64,000 nt of DNA. Source: Octopus sinensis (lineage: Eukaryota). Where the stretch lies: the NCBI RefSeq assembly GCF_006345805.1, contig NC_042999.1:2480001-2544000 (forward strand). The letters are read 5' to 3'. Below, one piece after another: positions 24,767 through 37,308 of this stretch. A program made the position numbers and the translations under genes. Every line of letters starts with the position of its first letter. Position 1 is the first letter of the stretch. The notes below the pieces were generated by a model, which had not been told where the DNA came from, ran no database searches, and saw only the letters and a program-made list of their open reading frames with translations.

Positions 24767-24864
24767 ATATCTGTTGAATTTTTCAGTATTATTGGTGGTT
24801 TAGCTGAGGATTTTAACCACACTTTCTAACAGGTAAATGCCTCGTGTACCCTTATGATAAATAC

Positions 24865-24904
<40 letters not shown>

Positions 24905-25070
24905 ACAAGGTCAGCCTTGTCACACTCTGTGTCATGCTGAATCTCTCTCAGAACTATATTAAGGGAATGTGTGTTTGTGGAATGCTCAGCCTTTTGCCTA
25001 TTAATTTCACAAGGAGACTGTTCTGGTGATCGGATCAACTGAAACCCACGTCATCATAACTGGTGGAGTG

Positions 25071-25115
<45 letters not shown>

Positions 25116-25597
25116 TATTTCCTGTCATACATAAAAATTAATAATGCAGTAATTGTACACAGTGCTCAGGTTCTCTACAGCTCCGCAGAAAAATAATACC
25201 CAAAAACTGTATGAACAGTTCACAGAATAATGCACAGGAAGCGAACAGTTAATAAGTGAACATAAATATACATACATTTACATGTGTGTGTGTGTGTGTG
25301 TGAAGGGATATGGCTACGTAGTGAGGCATGGTGCACTCTCTATCAGGAGATTGTGGTTTCAATTCCTAGACTGGCTGCACATTATGATCTTGAGCAGGAT
25401 AATTCCTGTCATGTAATTCCAGTCTACTGAGCTGTGATGGACCAAACCTTCCAAACAGAAGAAATGACAGGCCTGCTCGACTGGCCATCAGGATGGCATC
25501 TTTCAGAAGGTTGATAAAATACAAAGCACATTGTGACCAGTGATGTATAACAACATCCAATAGTTTGGATGATCAGGTGATCGCATCACACACAAAT

Positions 25598-25630
<33 letters not shown>

Positions 25631-25688
25631 CACACACACACACACCTAAACATACAAACACATATGTATTTATGTACGTCTGTATGTA

Positions 25689-25815
25689 CAGGGTGTCCAC
25701 AAAGTCTGTGTGCATGGGGATTAACACATACTTTAAGAAATTATTATTTCTTATATTTAATTCTTTATGTTATGATTTTATTTACTCCATGTACCCAGAC
25801 TTTGTAGACACCCTG
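25689..25815. mobile_element. 127 bp Tc1/mariner-type MITE
   Basis: TIR cagggtgtccacaaagtctg / cagactttgtagacaccctg with TA flanks. Confidence 0.85.
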
Positions 25816-26244
25816 TATATACATATATATAGAAACACTGCCAGATCAGACTGGGCCTCGTGCAGCCTTCTGGCTTCCCAGAGCCCAGTTGAACCGTCCA
25901 ACCCATGCTAGCATGGAAAGCGGACGTTAAACGATGATGATGATATATATATGATAAGGATATGTGTCAGAAAAAATTAAGAAAAGTATTGCATAGTTAT
26001 CATTCCAGTGAGTCTAAACAATGGCATTGTCTCAAAAAATATTGGTATATATTTTGTTTCTCTAATATTGTTGCTAATCTGACTGAAAGAAAAGCTGTGA
26101 ACATTAAAACACTTCATTTATATAACTTCAGGCATATTTTCAATTCATTTATATAGAGTATATAAAGATATATAAAGTTTCAGACATGTTCACATATATG
26201 TGTGTGAAACCGGTCGACTATGTAAATAGATTATTTTATAAATC

Positions 26245-26670
26245 ATCATCATTATTATCATCACCATTTAACATCTGTTTTCCATGCTGGCATGGGTTGG
26301 ACGGTTTGATAGCAGCTGACCAGCTGAAGGGCTTCCCAGGCTCCAACTGTCTATTTTGGCATGGTTTCTATGGCAGGATTCCCTTCCTAATGCCAACAAC
26401 TTCACAGAGTGTACTGGGTGCGTTTACACAGCACTGGCACAGATGGGTTTATGTAGCACCAGTACCTACAAGCTCACAGGATTAAAAATGGTCAGCTGAG
26501 AGGGATGCAGGGTAGACGCCTATATGCAAGGGCAACCACGCTCTTACTTAGCTTGATGTCTTCTCAAGCACAGCAAACAGCCAGGAGTCTTGGTCCCTTA
26601 TCATCCTCTTCATGAGTCCCAACATCTGTAGATCTGTCCTCACCAATTTGTCCCACATCTTCATGGGTCT
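26245..26670 (-). mobile_element. SINE family C with adjoining RTE 3' coding fragment
   Basis: Minus strand RPMKMWDKLVRTDLQMLGL...DQDSWLFAVLEKT followed by the SINE C-type tail. Confidence 0.65.
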
Positions 26671-27245
26671 TCAACTGGCAACGACTAAGCTCAACCTAAG
26701 CTTTGTGAGTGGGTTTGGTAGACAATAGAGACCAATAGAATAAGTACTAGGCATACAAAGAATTTTGCTTGACTAAAGGTGGTGCTCCAGCATGGCCTCA
26801 GTCAAATGACTGAAACAAATAAATGAACAAAAAAAAACATAAAAAGAATATATATATATATGTAATTAAGACATCAGCTATGTTTGCAACTCTCTGTTCT
26901 ATTATAATTTATCTCTAACATTGAATTATTTTGAATTTGTTCAATGTATTTGCTTTATATTAAGTTACATCATTTCTGGGTGTCAAAATTAACATAAAAA
27001 TGTTATCATTCTTTTCCATACGGTTTTCCATTGTCTTTTGTTATATTAGATTGGAAACAGTCTGGCAAAGAATGGATATAAATGTGTGTTCATGTGTGTG
27101 TGTGTGTGCTTGTGTACGTGCATGTATGCACATATGTATATATGTATATAGATATATACAGAGATATACATAGACAGAAAGTTAGAAACAAACATACATA
27201 CATATAAGATAGATTGATAGATAGATAGATACATGTACATATATA

Positions 27246-27287
<42 letters not shown>

Positions 27288-27944
27288 GAGGGAGAGGGGG
27301 GATGGGTAGGTAGGTAGATAGATAAGATCAATAAATAGATAGATATAGATATATATATGTAACTCTATATACATGCCTACATACACACACATATATATAT
27401 ATATAAAATATGTATTATATACGCACACCCACACAGACACCCACGAACACACACTCATATGTGTGTGTGGGTGTGTGTGTGTATTATTGCACTAAAGTTT
27501 TCAAATAGAAGCAAAGGTCACACCGTTGCCAAATGAACTGTCAAATCTATTTCCTATCTCAGAAAAACTAATTAACACAAAGGCGTCTAAAATTCTGTTT
27601 CCTATCAGAGTTACACATGACTAATTATGACCATTAAGCCACAGCAAACTATGTGACACAGCAGCCATTATTTCAGTAAACATATCAAACTATGCAGCGG
27701 TGCCAAACCAAACAATACATTATTATTTCCTGAATCGGTAAGGAAGTTGCTAAACAGCCACAGTTTAACAATCTAACAGATAAATTCTACCTCCGCACAT
27801 TGCCGACTGCATTCATGAGTAAGCCTGGGGAATGGAATCAGGTGTGGCTATGTTGCTTAGAAGTTTGGTTTCCCAAGTATAATGTTCGTGGGTTCGGTTT
27901 CACAGTTTGGTTCCTTGGATGAATGAGAGACTTCTGCTCTAGGC

Positions 27945-28125
27945 ACAGGCATGGTTGTGTGGTAAGAAGATTGCACCTCTACTACATGCTTCTGGATTCA
28001 GTCCCACTGTGTGGAACCTCGGCCAAGTGTCTTCTGTTATAGCCTCAGGCTGATCAAGCTTTGTGAGTGGATTTGGTAGACAGAAACTGAAAGAATCCTT
28101 GTGTGTGTGTGTGTGTGTGTGTGTT

Positions 28126-28173
<48 letters not shown>

Positions 28174-28290
28174 GTGTGTGTGTGTGTGTGTGTCTATTGG
28201 TCTCTTTTGCCGACCCACCAAGTTACTGAGATGTAAACATACCATCAACAGTTGTCAAGTGATAGCAGAGGTACAAACACAGACACACAA
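27945..28290 (+). mobile_element. SINE family A, degenerate
   Basis: ggttgtgtggtaagaag...ttcagtcccactg...gtgagtggatttggtagacagaaactgaaag. Confidence 0.7.
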
Positions 28291-28292
28291 AT

Positions 28293-28325
<33 letters not shown>

Positions 28326-28489
28326 GTTGAGGTTATAAGAGATAATGGTGTCATTGAGACCCAAAGGTGTCAGGTAATGCTGAATAAGTGCTATAGACAA
28401 ACCACAGTTAAGTTCCAGATTTGGTAATATTGCGAATAAAGGGTTCAATGTTGGTTCTGTCAGCGTGTGTATATAAGAATTTTTTATGT

Positions 28490-28800
28490 AATAAGATAAA
28501 AAACCAAGGCTATATAGATATTAGAGCATTTATAGATAGAATGTCTTACAGCTGTTTCTAGGATATTTATTAATAATATCTCTTCATCGGAGACGGTGTG
28601 AGAGGAAAGTCAAGTCATAGTTAGTTTAGATGTGATACAAAATAGAGAGTGAGGTGGAAGAAAGAAAATAGATGCAAGATATGTATGGATATTGAAGTTG
28701 TAAATCCATGTTTTTAGGCATAATGGTATATATGCAATATTCCAATATCCTTTGAGTAAAGTCCAAAAGTCCAGCAGAGTTTAAAATGAGTCCATCCAAA
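28490..28800 (-). mobile_element. PLE pLTR-like remnant with hammerhead motif (28543-28594)
   Basis: Minus strand GTCT-CCGATGA-A-GAGATATT[..]AATATCCT-A-GAAA-CAGCTG-TA-AGAC. Confidence 0.6.
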
Positions 28801-28884
28801 TATAGAGTTTATAAGCAATGTAAGATTCCTTTATGAGTGAGATCCACTCATAAGGGAATCTTACATTGCTTATAAACTCTATAT
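28800..28884. repeat. 40 bp near-perfect inverted repeat with 5 nt loop
   Basis: Arms 28800-28839 and 28845-28884 with one T:G pair. Confidence 0.95.
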
Positions 28885-29049
28885 CTGAAATTAGGGACAA
28901 TTATTTTATTATGGAAAGAATTAGTTAAAAAGAATGTAAAAAAACTAGTTTTAAATTTCAGAGTGAGAAATATGTAGTAACAGTACCATACAGTGAAGTT
29001 TATTTGCCAACACAATGTGGCAGTCTAACGCAGGACGATGTTACTACTT

Positions 29050-29360
29050 TTTAGCCCCCCAAGCAAACATAAAATAATAGAACTTTAACCCCCAGGAAAA
29101 CATGAAATGATAGAATTTGTGCCTTATAATGTAACACACTCACCGGTAAAATTTCCACTTTTTTAAAATTTTTATTTTCCTAAAATCTTCGTTGTGTCTT
29201 GCAACCATTTCAATAGTCTTGATAGAATTTTAGCCCCCAGGAAAATATAAAATAATAGAATTTTATCCCTCAGGAAAACATAAAATGATAGAATTTTAGC
29301 CCCCAGACAAACATAAAATAATAGAATTTTAGCCCCCAGGAAAATATAAGATGATAGAAT
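29050..29360. repeat. 33 bp minisatellite interrupted by a ~100 bp insert
   Basis: atagaattttagcccccaggaaaatataaaata about 6 times; break at ~29119-29220. Confidence 0.8.
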
Positions 29361-30274
29361 TCTTAACCTAAAAAAATAACTGGAGAAATGGAAAGAACTT
29401 ATCTGTATACCTACTTTTGCCCCTCCCTGTTTATGCAGGTACATTCACATTCTTATATGCCATAACAATTTTCACCTATTGTTTCATAAATACACCTAAA
29501 TAATCTTGATCTGAAAATATAAAATCTTCCCCACACCCCACCCCCTTGTTAGTGATCTCAATGCTCACATTTTTATACTTGCATTGCATTGTGACACAAA
29601 TATATTAAATGATATTTCAGGAGATGATATATCATTTCAGTACTCAATTTGCTAGAAATATCAACCAAATGTCTTTCAGATCATTTTCTCCCATCTTCAA
29701 AAATGGAAGGACACACAGAGAAATGTATTCCATTGTCTAGAAATAAAAGATGGAATTGCCAAGGCTGGAATGGCACACCCTTAATCAGAGCTATCCCTGA
29801 TTAAGGGTGGCTTGTTGGCAATATAACAATAACAAGAGAGAAAACGAGTGTGAGAGAGAGATAAAGCAAAAGATAAAGAGAGAGCATTTAGGAGGTTACT
29901 GAACTTCCTAGAAATAGCAGCCAAATTTTTCTTAAATTCCATTTTACCACCTTAAAAAAGATGGAGACATTAGATGACATAATCATAGATGACTTTAAAA
30001 GAATGAGGCTGTTGGTCACAGCTGGAGTGGCTGTGGTCACAGATCTGCTTAATCAAGATCCACTTGGGGCTGAATAACAACTACACAACTACACAAGCCA
30101 CAAATTCTTACCATATTTTTAACAAAAAATCTAACAAAAACACTATTTGGTATAAAAATAAAAAGAAAAAACCCTGATTCTTTTCGGTGTACCATCTAAC
30201 TAAAGACACATTAGCACTAACAGAACCTGTATTCATTCACCAATTTTAGAAAAGAACAATATACAACTCCAATA

Positions 30275-31108
30275 AGGTGGTGAGTTGGCAGAATCGTTAG
30301 CATGCTGGGCGAAATACTTAGCAGTATTTCGTCTGCCACTATGTTCTGAGTTCGAATTCCACTGAGGTTGACTTTGCTTTTCATCTTTTCAGGGTTGATA
30401 AATGAAGTACCAGTTGCATACTGGGGTCGATCTAATTGACTGGCCCCCTCCCCCAAAATTTTGTGGTCTTGTACCTAGAGTAAAAATGATTACTCTAAGG
30501 CAGCAAGCTGGCAGAAATGTTGGCACACCAGGTGAAGCGCTTAGCAGTATTTCATCTGCCATTACATTCTGAGTTCAAATTCTGCTGAGGTTGACTTTCT
30601 TTTTCATCTTTTTGGGGTTGATAAATTAAGTACCAGTTACATACTGGGGTTGATCTAATTTCAGTCCTTGTACCTAGAGTAGAAAAGAATCATTAGCATG
30701 CTGGTAAAAATGCTTAGCAGTATTTTGTTCATCTTTACTTCCTGATTTCAAATGCTGCCAGGGTCGACTTTGCCTTTCATCCTTTCGAGGTCTACTAAAT
30801 AAATACCAGTTATGCACTGGGGTCAATGTAATCAATTTAATCCCTTACCCCAAATTCAAGACTTTGTGCTTCCAGTAGAAAGGATTATTATGAAAGGTGG
30901 TGAGCTGGCAAAATCATTAGTATGTTGGGTGAAATGCTTAGCGGTATTTCATCTGCTGCTACATTCAGAGTTCAAATTCCGCCAGGGTCAACTTTGCATT
31001 TCATCCTTTCAGGGTCAATAACTTAAGTACTAGCTGCATACTGGGGTCAATCTAATCAACTGGCTCCCCTTCCCCCAAAATTTCAGGCCTTGTACCTAGA
31101 GTAGAGAG
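30275..31108 (+). mobile_element. Four head-to-tail SINE family B copies within one 17 bp duplication
   Basis: Copies start at ~30275, 30498, 30690 and 30895; aatatacaactcc(a/t)ata at 30258-30274 and 31109-31125. Confidence 0.85.
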
Positions 31109-31734
31109 AATATACAACTCCTATACAGATCTATAATATATACTATTTAATGAGAAATATTTCACTGTGATTAAATAAAAAAAAGCTAAGGAAATATATA
31201 GTGTGAAAGAATTCTAAAATTACTCAATCTAGACAACAATACTTACATTCGATAATAAGACTGTCTCAAAGTACCAAAGAATTCTTTTTGGCTGTATTGA
31301 AAATTCCAAATCACAGCATGATTATAAGTTTTGAAGAAATATTTTTTGACATCCATTGTGCTGTGTGATACTAAAGAAGATGATACGTAACTCCATTTGA
31401 GTCCGAAATGCTAAGAAAAAAAATTATATATATATATATTCTCTCCTCTTTCACAGTTGGAGTGGCATCTTGTGTATGAGTATTATTCTTTTACTGAAAA
31501 TAATAATAATAATAATAATAATAATAGATGAATAAATGAAATATGTCATCATTGAAATTATAATGTGAAATATTAACAGAATCTATGGAACAATGAAAAA
31601 TTAAAATCAATAAAGAACCAGAATAATTCTTAATTACGAAATACTGATGCCACAAACATAATTGAAATTTTTAAAAAGACAAAATAGGTAAATATTGGCA
31701 GGAAAGGCATTTTTTTATTTCAAAGAAGTACAAA

Positions 31735-32400
31735 ACTCTAATCTTCTTCAAAGTTGGATCCTCTGACTTCAATCGTCTTGTTGTCGCACTCCGGCCATTT
31801 CGTGAAGGCCTCGTGGAAGCCGTCTGAAGTGAAGGTGTCCATGACCCTTTTTCACAGCCTGCTTCATCTTCTCCTTCAGTTTGGGGGACAACCTAAAGTC
31901 ACAGGGAGCAAGGTCTGAAGTGTAGGGACGATGAGGGTGAGTTTTGGTGCCCATCTCATCATCATGATCATCATCATCATTTAACGTCCGTTCTCCATGC
32001 TAGCATAGGTTGGACGGTTCGGCCGGGGATCTGGGAAGCCAGAAGGCTGCACCAGGCTCCGGTCTCATCTGGCAGTGTTTCTACAGCTGGATGCCCTTCC
32101 TAACACCAACCACTCCATGAGTGTATTGGGTGCTTTTTACATGCCAATCGGTTACCAGGATGGAATTGTGGACTGGTCCATTGTCCTGATGCATGTGCTC
32201 TGGCCTTTTGCAATGAAATCTCTTCCAGAATTCCCTCAAAACCTCCACAATGTACTCTTTGTCAACCATTTGGTCAGAGGGAAGCCAGCAGATCTCGATG
32301 ATGCCCTTGTCGAAAAAGGGGATCCTCATGAGCTTCCTGGTGGACTTACTTTGCCTGGACTCCTGTACCAGCAGAAACCAAATGCTCAATCTGGAGCATT
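31735..32400 (-). mobile_element. Mariner transposase remnant interrupted by SINE family C (~31962-32150)
   Basis: KLMRIPFFDKGII...VDKEYIVEVLR...HQDNGPVHNS, then HRPYTSDLAPCDF. Confidence 0.85.
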
Positions 32401-32772
32401 TCATAAATCTCTATGGCATTTTAACCTAATTTAATACAAAATTTTATTACGTAGCAGGTTTCTAAATTGTTTTCTGCCATGCATTCAGCTTTGACAAGCA
32501 GTGTTTAGTAGGGTGTTCAAAGGGCTGTTGCAGCTATCTTCTTCAATCTGGAGTAACAAAGAATGGCAGGTCAGCTTATTAGATTTATGGTAATGATATA
32601 CTAAAATTACAATAATCTAGGATAGTTTTTAGCTCCTAAAAAAGTTTCAGGCCTTCTGGAATGCGCTTAATGTATGTATGTCTGTGGGTGTGTGTGTATT
32701 ATACTGGGTATAAATTTAAACTGGATCAAGTTTTGGGCCTCAATTCAGGAGTTCCAGAGTTTCCACTTCTTA

Positions 32773-33000
32773 GTGGAGGCATGTGGCTTAGTGGTTAGGG
32801 TGTCAGCATCATGATCGTAAGACTGTGGTTTCGATTCCTGGACCGGTCGACGCATTGTGTTCTTGAGCAAAACACTTCATTTCATGTTGCTCCAGTTCAC
32901 TCAGCTGGCAAAAATGAGTAACGCTGCAATGGACTGGCATCCCATCCAGCTGGGGAACACATACACCATAGAAACCGGGTCCATGAGCCTGGCTAGGTTT
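32773..33000 (+). mobile_element. tRNA-derived SINE (family D-related)
   Basis: tggcttagtggttaggg...ggtttcgattcctggacc...cttgagcaaaacacttcatttc. Confidence 0.8.
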
Positions 33001-33149
33001 TAAAAAAAGGGTGCATGTATTTTTTTAACCATTTCTTAGCCACTGTTGTTTCCAGATCTACACTGACCCAGAGTAACAGCGCTTGTCAAGATCCCAGCTA
33101 TGCGTTAATTAGCATATCAGGGAATTGCTTCTGAAAGGTCACTCATAAA

Positions 33150-33482
33150 TGCAGTGACAGATCCTGGGAAAATGAAGCCTTTCAAATTTGTAGTTGTTCT
33201 TTTAAGAGAGGGTAACTCCATACAAACTAGCTGAGTGGGGTTAAGTTATTGTCACTGCAGTACCATCAACCAATGCTGTGAACAATTGAAGTGTGACCTT
33301 GGTCTGTTTTCAAAACTGACGTCACCTTTCGTCAAAGTTCTGAACTAGGTTTGTACCACACATTCATTGACAGTTTCTGGGGCTTCAACACCATTAATTT
33401 CTTTTGCCACTGCCCTTAAATGCAGTCTTTTCTTCCATTCATAGCTGAAAATGGGTCCAATTGCAATTTTTTCACTATCCAT
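33150..33482 (-). mobile_element. Mariner transposase N-terminal remnant
   Basis: MDSEKIAIGPIFSYEWKKRLHLRAVAKEINGVEAPETVNECVVQT*FRTLTKGDVSFENRPRS matches the mariner HTH region. Confidence 0.65.
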
Positions 33483-33559
33483 TATCAAAGCTGTAAAATA
33501 GAGAATGAACAATTAAGATTTATATATAATAACAGATAACTTAGATTGGTTCCAGCCAT

Positions 33560-33935
33560 TATCAGCGTGGCTTAGTGTTAAGGGTGTCAGCATCATGATT
33601 GTAAGATTGTGGTTTCGATTCCTGGACCGGGTGGCGTGTTGTGTTCTTGAGCAAAGCACTTCATTTCACGTTGCTCCAGTCCACTCAGCTGGCAAAAATG
33701 AAAAGGTGGCGAGCTGGCAGAATCGTTAGCACACCGGGCGAAATGCGTAGCTGTATTTCGTCTACCGTTATGTTCTGAGTTCAAATTCCGCTGAGGTCGA
33801 CTTTGCCTTTCATCCTTTCGGGGTCGATAAATTAAGTACCAGTTACGCACTGGGGATGATGTAATCAACTTCATCCGTTTGTCTATCCTTGTTTGTCCCC
33901 TCTATGTTTAGCCCCTTGTGGGCAATAAAGAAACA
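33560..33935 (+). mobile_element. SINE D-type head fused to a full SINE family B copy
   Basis: First head at 33560-33700, then ggtggcgagctggcagaa...gggcaataaagaaa. Confidence 0.8.
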
Positions 33936-34777
33936 ATTATCAGTCTCGGCCATAACTAACTCATTAGCACCATCTGGAAAAAAATTATTTCAGTTAATTA
34001 TTTTGGGACACCATGGACCACTCAAGCAGGGAGTTGTTATTGGTTGAGATGTATCCAGGTGTAGGTGGTTTATCCAGTATATGAAAATAAGGAATAAACA
34101 ATTCCTAAACTTGTTTTGTCAAACTAAGGATATAAGTTGAAGAAACAAGTTACCAAATATCATTGGTGAAAATCCAACTTTTGACTCAACCTCATACATT
34201 TATATATCTTCATTTCATTTCTAAAGAAACTCTCCTCTTGGAAACATTTATCAACATTCTTAATAAAACCTTAAAAGCTTCATAATTTCTTTTTAGTTAC
34301 AAATATATTTCCGTTCAATCAATTTTTTCTCAATTGTTAACCAGTTTTCATACAGAACAATGATTCATTTATAAAACAGAGGGTGGGTGTCGAAAATTCA
34401 AACTGTCAAATTCCTATTTTAATGTTGAAATTTCGATTTGCAGATTATATTGGAAACTGAGTCTTTAAATGCAAAGAAACTAGACTTTGGGACAAATACC
34501 TTAATCTATCATAATATGGCTCAATGATTTTCAACATAGATTTTTTTTTTTTTTTGTGTACAGCTGTCACCATGGAAGATATTGCATTTTACATCAAATA
34601 CTGGACAAACAAAAGACAGATAAAGAACACAAGATGAGAAGTTTGAGAATAAACAGGCTTTGATCTAAAATCATCACTTTCATTTCCCATCTTCTTTATT
34701 AAATGATACTTCAAAGACATTATGAAAGAATAGATTTTAATTACTGGTTATAAATTATGCATTTAAGTATAATTTAA

Positions 34778-36026
34778 CCCTTTCGATACTATATTTCTGT
34801 TGAGATGTTGTGTTTCTTTCAATTATTTTAAATATAACAAAGAATTTAATAAAATAACTTAGTTCTCATTCAGCTAGTGTTAGGAACATAAATTGTGACT
34901 AAGGTTTGCTGGAAGATTTTTAATTCAGAACTTATGGAAACAAGACATTTGTACTACAGGGCCAGAAGTGGTTTCAGCCAGGTTGGTAACAAAAGGGTTA
35001 AAAATATCATGGTGACTTTAATCCTTTTGTTACCATATTTATTTTGAGATGCTCTGTGTTTCTTTCAATTAATTTTAAATATAACAAAGAATTTAGTAAA
35101 ATAACTTAGTTATCATTAAGCTAGTGTTAGGAACATAAATTCTGACTAAGGTTTGGTGGAAGATTTAAATTCAGAACTTATGGAAACAAGACATTTGTAC
35201 TACAGGGCCAGAGGTGGTTTCAGCTGGGTTGGTAACAAAAGGGCTAAGGTGCAGGCAGGTATGACTGTGCAGTTTAGAAGCTTGATTCCCAACCATGAGG
35301 TTTAGAGTTCAGTCATACTGCATGGCACTTTGGGCAAGTATCTTCTACTTATAGCCCTGAGTTGATCAAAACCTTGTTGTAGATTTGGTAAGTAGAAACT
35401 GAAAAAAGTCCATTGTGTGTGCATATAACATGTGTGTATGCATATGTATATTTGTGTATGTGCATGAAGATGGCAGAAGAAAACGATTAGAAGCCTCTGT
35501 GTGTATGTGTATACACACATATACATACATACATACATGCATACGAATTCTCTCTCGTCCAAAGTGGAGACAAGTACCAATGTTCTCAAAATTAACGAGG
35601 GAGTTAATTACTTTAAATATAACAAAAAATTTAGTAAAATAACTTAGTTATCATTAAGTTAGCGCTAGGAATATAAATTGTGACTAAGGTTTGGTAGAAG
35701 ATTTTAATTCAAAACTTATGGAAACAAGACATTTGTACTCAGAGCCAGAGGTGGGTTCAGCCAGGTTGGTATCAAAAGGGTTAAAAATATCATGGTGACT
35801 TTAACCCTTTCGTTACCATATTTCTGTTGAGATGCTCTGTGTTTCTGTCAATCATTTTTCGAATATAACAAAGAATTTAATAAAATAACTTAGTCATCAT
35901 TCAGCTAGTGTTAGGAACATAAATTGTGACTAAGGTTTGGTGGAAGATTTTAATTCCAAACTTATGAAAACAAGATATTTATACTCAGAGCCAGAGCCAG
36001 TTTCAGCCGGGCTGGTAATGAAAGGG
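34778..36026. mobile_element. Four ~220 bp piggyBac-type MITE copies (34778-34997, 35022-35243, ~35605-35780, 35805-36026)
   Basis: TTAA-CCCTTT(C/T)G(A/T)TAC...GGTA(A/T)CAAAAGGG-TTAA; a SINE A fragment lies between the pairs. Confidence 0.85.
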
Positions 36027-36036
36027 TTAAACGATA

Positions 36037-36068
<32 letters not shown>

Positions 36069-36804
36069 GTGGATTTGTTGGATTAAAACTCTTTAATGCA
36101 GTGCCCCAATATGGCCACAGTCCAGTGACAGAAACAAGTAAAGGAGAAAAAAAAAAGAAAAGAGAAGTAGAGAGAGCATGATTAGGATGAAATATTTGCC
36201 GGTCAAGTGACTGCATGTAGAAGTGGTCAAATGAAACTCCACAAATGATTCGTGTTGTATTCATTTCATAATTACTGATAAGAAATTTAGCTTTCTACAT
36301 TCACATTGCACTTGCGTCTACATTACATTAAATAGATGCAATGCGCTCAGCATATAAAAGCTTGCTATTTCTTATTATCGCAGACAATTCTTGAGCTGTA
36401 ATCATCATTTGTCTCTGCTGCCACGTGACACACGCAGTAGTATTTGAAGCAGGAACTTAGAACACGAAGATTTGGGTTTGATTGACGAATAATTACTTGA
36501 TTAGCATCTTTCAAATTACCAGGTTACCATTATTGGAAAGAGAAGTAAATTGAATGAGTTCATTGTAAAGGTTCCCAAATATTTAGGAAAATCAATATCA
36601 TAGGTTAGGAATTGCAGCTGAAGAATGCATACAAGAATTAGAGATAAAGATTTCATAGGAACGATTTTACAATTCCTTAATGAACGTGTGATGTTAGCTT
36701 TTCTTTCTTCTTTATCAATTTTCTTCCCCCTGCTTCTGCTACTGCTGGAAATTTTCCTTTTTACCAAACACACCATTTTTTGTTTCACACATATATACAT
36801 TATT

Positions 36805-36948
36805 TATATTTGACGGATATTTGTCCTCGTCTTGTTTGTTGCTAACACAACGTTTTGGTTGATATACCCTCCAGCCTTCATCAGGTGTCTTGGAGAAATT
36901 TCAAACCTGGGTTCACATTCCTAAGGTATTTTTTGATGTTATTATTAC
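36805..36948 (-). mobile_element. PLE pLTR-like repeat with minimal hammerhead (36844-36889; GAAA mutated to AAAA)
   Basis: Minus strand GACAC-CTGATGA-A-GGCTG[GAGGGTATAT]CAACC-AAAA-CG-TT-GTGTT. Confidence 0.7.
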
Positions 36949-37308
36949 TAAAAGACGATACTCCAGCATGCCCGCAGTCAAATGACTGAAACAAATAAAA
37001 GAATATATACTGACAGGGGCTGTAATTGCCCAAAATCACCAGTCAAGAATTCTTATACTGATTAGTCAGCATTTTAGCTCTCATTTCTAGCAACATAGAT
37101 ATTATAACACCTTTAGTCACATTTTGTGAGAATTATAGTTTTCCTTTTTGGAAGCACATTTCACATGGCTGTCTATATTAATTCTTTTCTAGAACTGGAT
37201 GCTCTTCCTAATGCCAACCACTTTTGTAGAGTGTACTGGGTGCTTTTTATGTGGCACTAGCCCTGTGATAATAATAATGGTACATATGTATATATTTATA
37301 AACATTTG

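Noticed and set aside
29776-29809. 13 bp stem CACCCTTAATCAG/CTGATTAAGGGTG
   Set aside because: Lies within a degenerate repeat whose second local copy (~29930-30090) does not keep the stem
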